From Catajapyx aquilonaris (Eukaryota), in contig JYFJ02003218.1 of assembly GCA_000934665.2 (NCBI GenBank), positions 1 through 44,826 of the forward strand: a stretch of 44,826 nt of DNA, in the 5' to 3' direction. The stretch's first letter is position 1. Every line of letters starts with the position of its first letter. Both the position numbers and the translations under genes were made by a program. A model generated the notes under the pieces. It did not search any database. It saw only the letters and a list, made by a program, of their open reading frames with translations, and was not told where the DNA came from. Shown one piece after another: positions 42,956 through 44,826 of this stretch.

Positions 42956-43957
42956 TCGACATTGGCATCTGCATGACAATAAAGATGTGTTGATAGCACA
43001 AAAATAAAGTTAATTCAGCTGACGTCACAATGGGCAACAATGATGCCAAGAATGGATTTTTTTTTTCTGTCTGAATGAACGGTTTCAAATGTGTCTTTTT
43101 TATTACCAAGGTCTGATTGGTCTCCTTTATTTTTGCTAATTTTCTGGATGACCTTTGTCGGTACGCCATCGTCATTGACCTTGTTCAAAAACGTATCCAC
43201 ATTTTGAGTGTATAGGCTACTGTACCATTATAGCTCTCGTCCTCTCATGTTATTATCTCAAGGTTGCGCTTCAATATCACAGAAACTACGACATAAAAAT
43301 GCTATTATTGTACGTCACGACCATGTGTACAGTACATCTGTCCACTACGCAGATAACTGCACATAAAATAAAAAAATATGTAAATAAAAATTAGTCGAAA
43401 TGTAACACTGAATTAAACCCTATTAGTTATCAACCTAAAAAATGATTGACAGGTTACACCTATTAAACACTAAGGAGCACACTGTAACGAACATTATTTA
43501 TTTAATTGATATGTATGAATCACACGGAATCAAAAATTTGCATGTCTTCATCACCACCGCCAATAAAAAAAAATTAAGACGAAATAAATTGCGAAATTGG
43601 ACGTAGTATAGCGCAGCAGTCCAGGAAATAAAGGCAAGTAATAATGTGTCTGATTGTAGGGTTTGAGTAACGAGTCTTTGTGCTCTGTATACCTGGAGGC
43701 GGGGAAAACAGGCAATAGACTCCCATAGACAGGGCATGTATACGCAGAGGAATAGAACTATAAAAAAATGGTCAGATTTTTCATTCCTTCCTGCTCGCGT
43801 GACCCATAGAAAAAAAAGAGAGAAGTGAATCACGAAGCATGATCTGCTGATGACCACTCTCTCTCTCTGTCGAAGGGGCCACTCACCACTTAATTTGCAT
43901 ATAAAAAGGGAAATGGCAAGGGGATTGAGTTGGTTTTTATTGTCGGAAGCAACCATC

Positions 43958-44415
43958 ATGCACTGCTCTCTCGGGTTGCTCTTTGGCCTCGTGCTTTTTC
44001 CGTCGCTCCTGGTAAACTATTTCTCTATTAGGATTCACTTGTGCTGTTAAGTGATCTTATTTCCAACCTTTTGTTCCCGGTCAGGTGGGGTCACCTGCAG
44101 TTAGGGAGAAGAGACAGATTCCTTCAGGGCCTGGAGTCTATGTCTGGCAAGTCAAAGATGTAAGTTATTGTCTGTTCATATGTCCATCAACGTCATTCGT
44201 AATTTTATTGATTTCCCTTCAGTTATATTTACTATCGATATGGTTTGCTTTTAGGAGTCAACTTATGGTTTTTGTTCTACTTATTATACATACCGGTATT
44301 TAATTGTTGCCTGATTATTTTATTACTTCCGGGACAGAATGACCTTGAACTTGAATGTATGAAGAGGAGTACTATAATAAAAGGACCAGCAATTAGGGGG
44401 CGGGACTCCTTCCGG
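43958..44415 (+). CDS. 5' part of a third secreted-protein gene (gene Z), probable paralog of X/Y, incomplete in this window
   Basis: Exons 43958-44011 (MHCSLGLLFGLVLFPSLL), 44085-44159 (VGSPAVREKRQIPSGPGVYVWQVKD), 44338-~44414 (NDLELECMKR...). Same phase-0 intron after ...LL as X and Y; exon 2 ends in aromatic-aliphatic-W-x3-D like Y (FIWRHSD). TATAAAA at 43900. Confidence 0.55.
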
Positions 44416-44628
44416 TCAATTCCTGGAACTAGATATTGCGTACCGAACAATCCGCCTTATCCTTGCTCAAATGTCACGTATTGTATACTCATGACATGAA
44501 CACAAAATGGTCACATACACCTATTTATAAATAATAGTGATTATATGTCTGAAAGCTTCACTGGTTGTGGTTGATTGGGAGGACAGTCCAACACACTGTC
44601 CACACTCATGGGTCAGTTATACCCGAGT

Positions 44629-44795
44629 CAGGGAGCATATACTACTCTGTTTGGGGGCGCTTCCAAGGCTAGCGGCCATTTTGAAACGGGGGCAACGCCA
44701 ACGAGGTATAAATATGGTACAGGCAGGCCGTAAAGGTCCGCCATCTTTGATGGTTTTGGCTGCCATGGCAATACACGGCAAGAACAAGCGCGAAT
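44629..44795 (+). repeat. One-armed copy of the 40322-40661 element
   Basis: Shares CAGGGAGCATAT, GCGGCCATTTTGAA, ACGCCAACGAGGTATAAATA, GGTCCGCCATCTTTGATGGTTTTGGC and TACACGGCAAGAACA.GCGCGAAT. Confidence 0.85.
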
Positions 44796-44826
44796 ATGAA
44801 TATTTTTGCAGTACTTACGGAATTAA

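Overview
Eukaryotic, intron-containing genomic DNA, most likely from an arthropod (inferred from the tachylectin-5/ficolin-like FREPs, a bchs/WDFY3 orthologue, OBP-like genes and a tRNA-derived SINE). There are three blocks. (1) About 1-16.6 kb: a head-to-head inverted duplication (~1001-8100 vs ~9780-15476). Each arm carries an intact 5-exon secreted fibrinogen-related lectin gene (signal peptide + coiled coil + FReD). The copies have diverged reciprocally at ligand-site residues, in coiled-coil length and in their TATA boxes, and each has its own transposon insertions (piggyBac-type MITE with a nested element, mariner fossil, hAT end). A degraded, spliced PARG pseudogene follows; the ORF track captures only a fragment of it. 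(2) About 16.7-37.9 kb: a full-length minus-strand WDFY3/ALFY/blue cheese gene (~34 coding exons, mostly 50-80 bp introns, two intronic minisatellites, candidate NRF1/YY1 promoter, 5' region with a 60-bp satellite and nested hairpins). (3) About 38.4-44.8 kb: a tandem cluster of three secreted-protein genes that appear only after manual splicing. The two complete ones have an odorant-binding-protein-like (Plus-C-like) cysteine skeleton interrupted by a ~120 aa insert with amphipathic helices, in one case directly after a furin site. This cluster is the best candidate for an undescribed system. All gene models were built by eye and no database searches were run.
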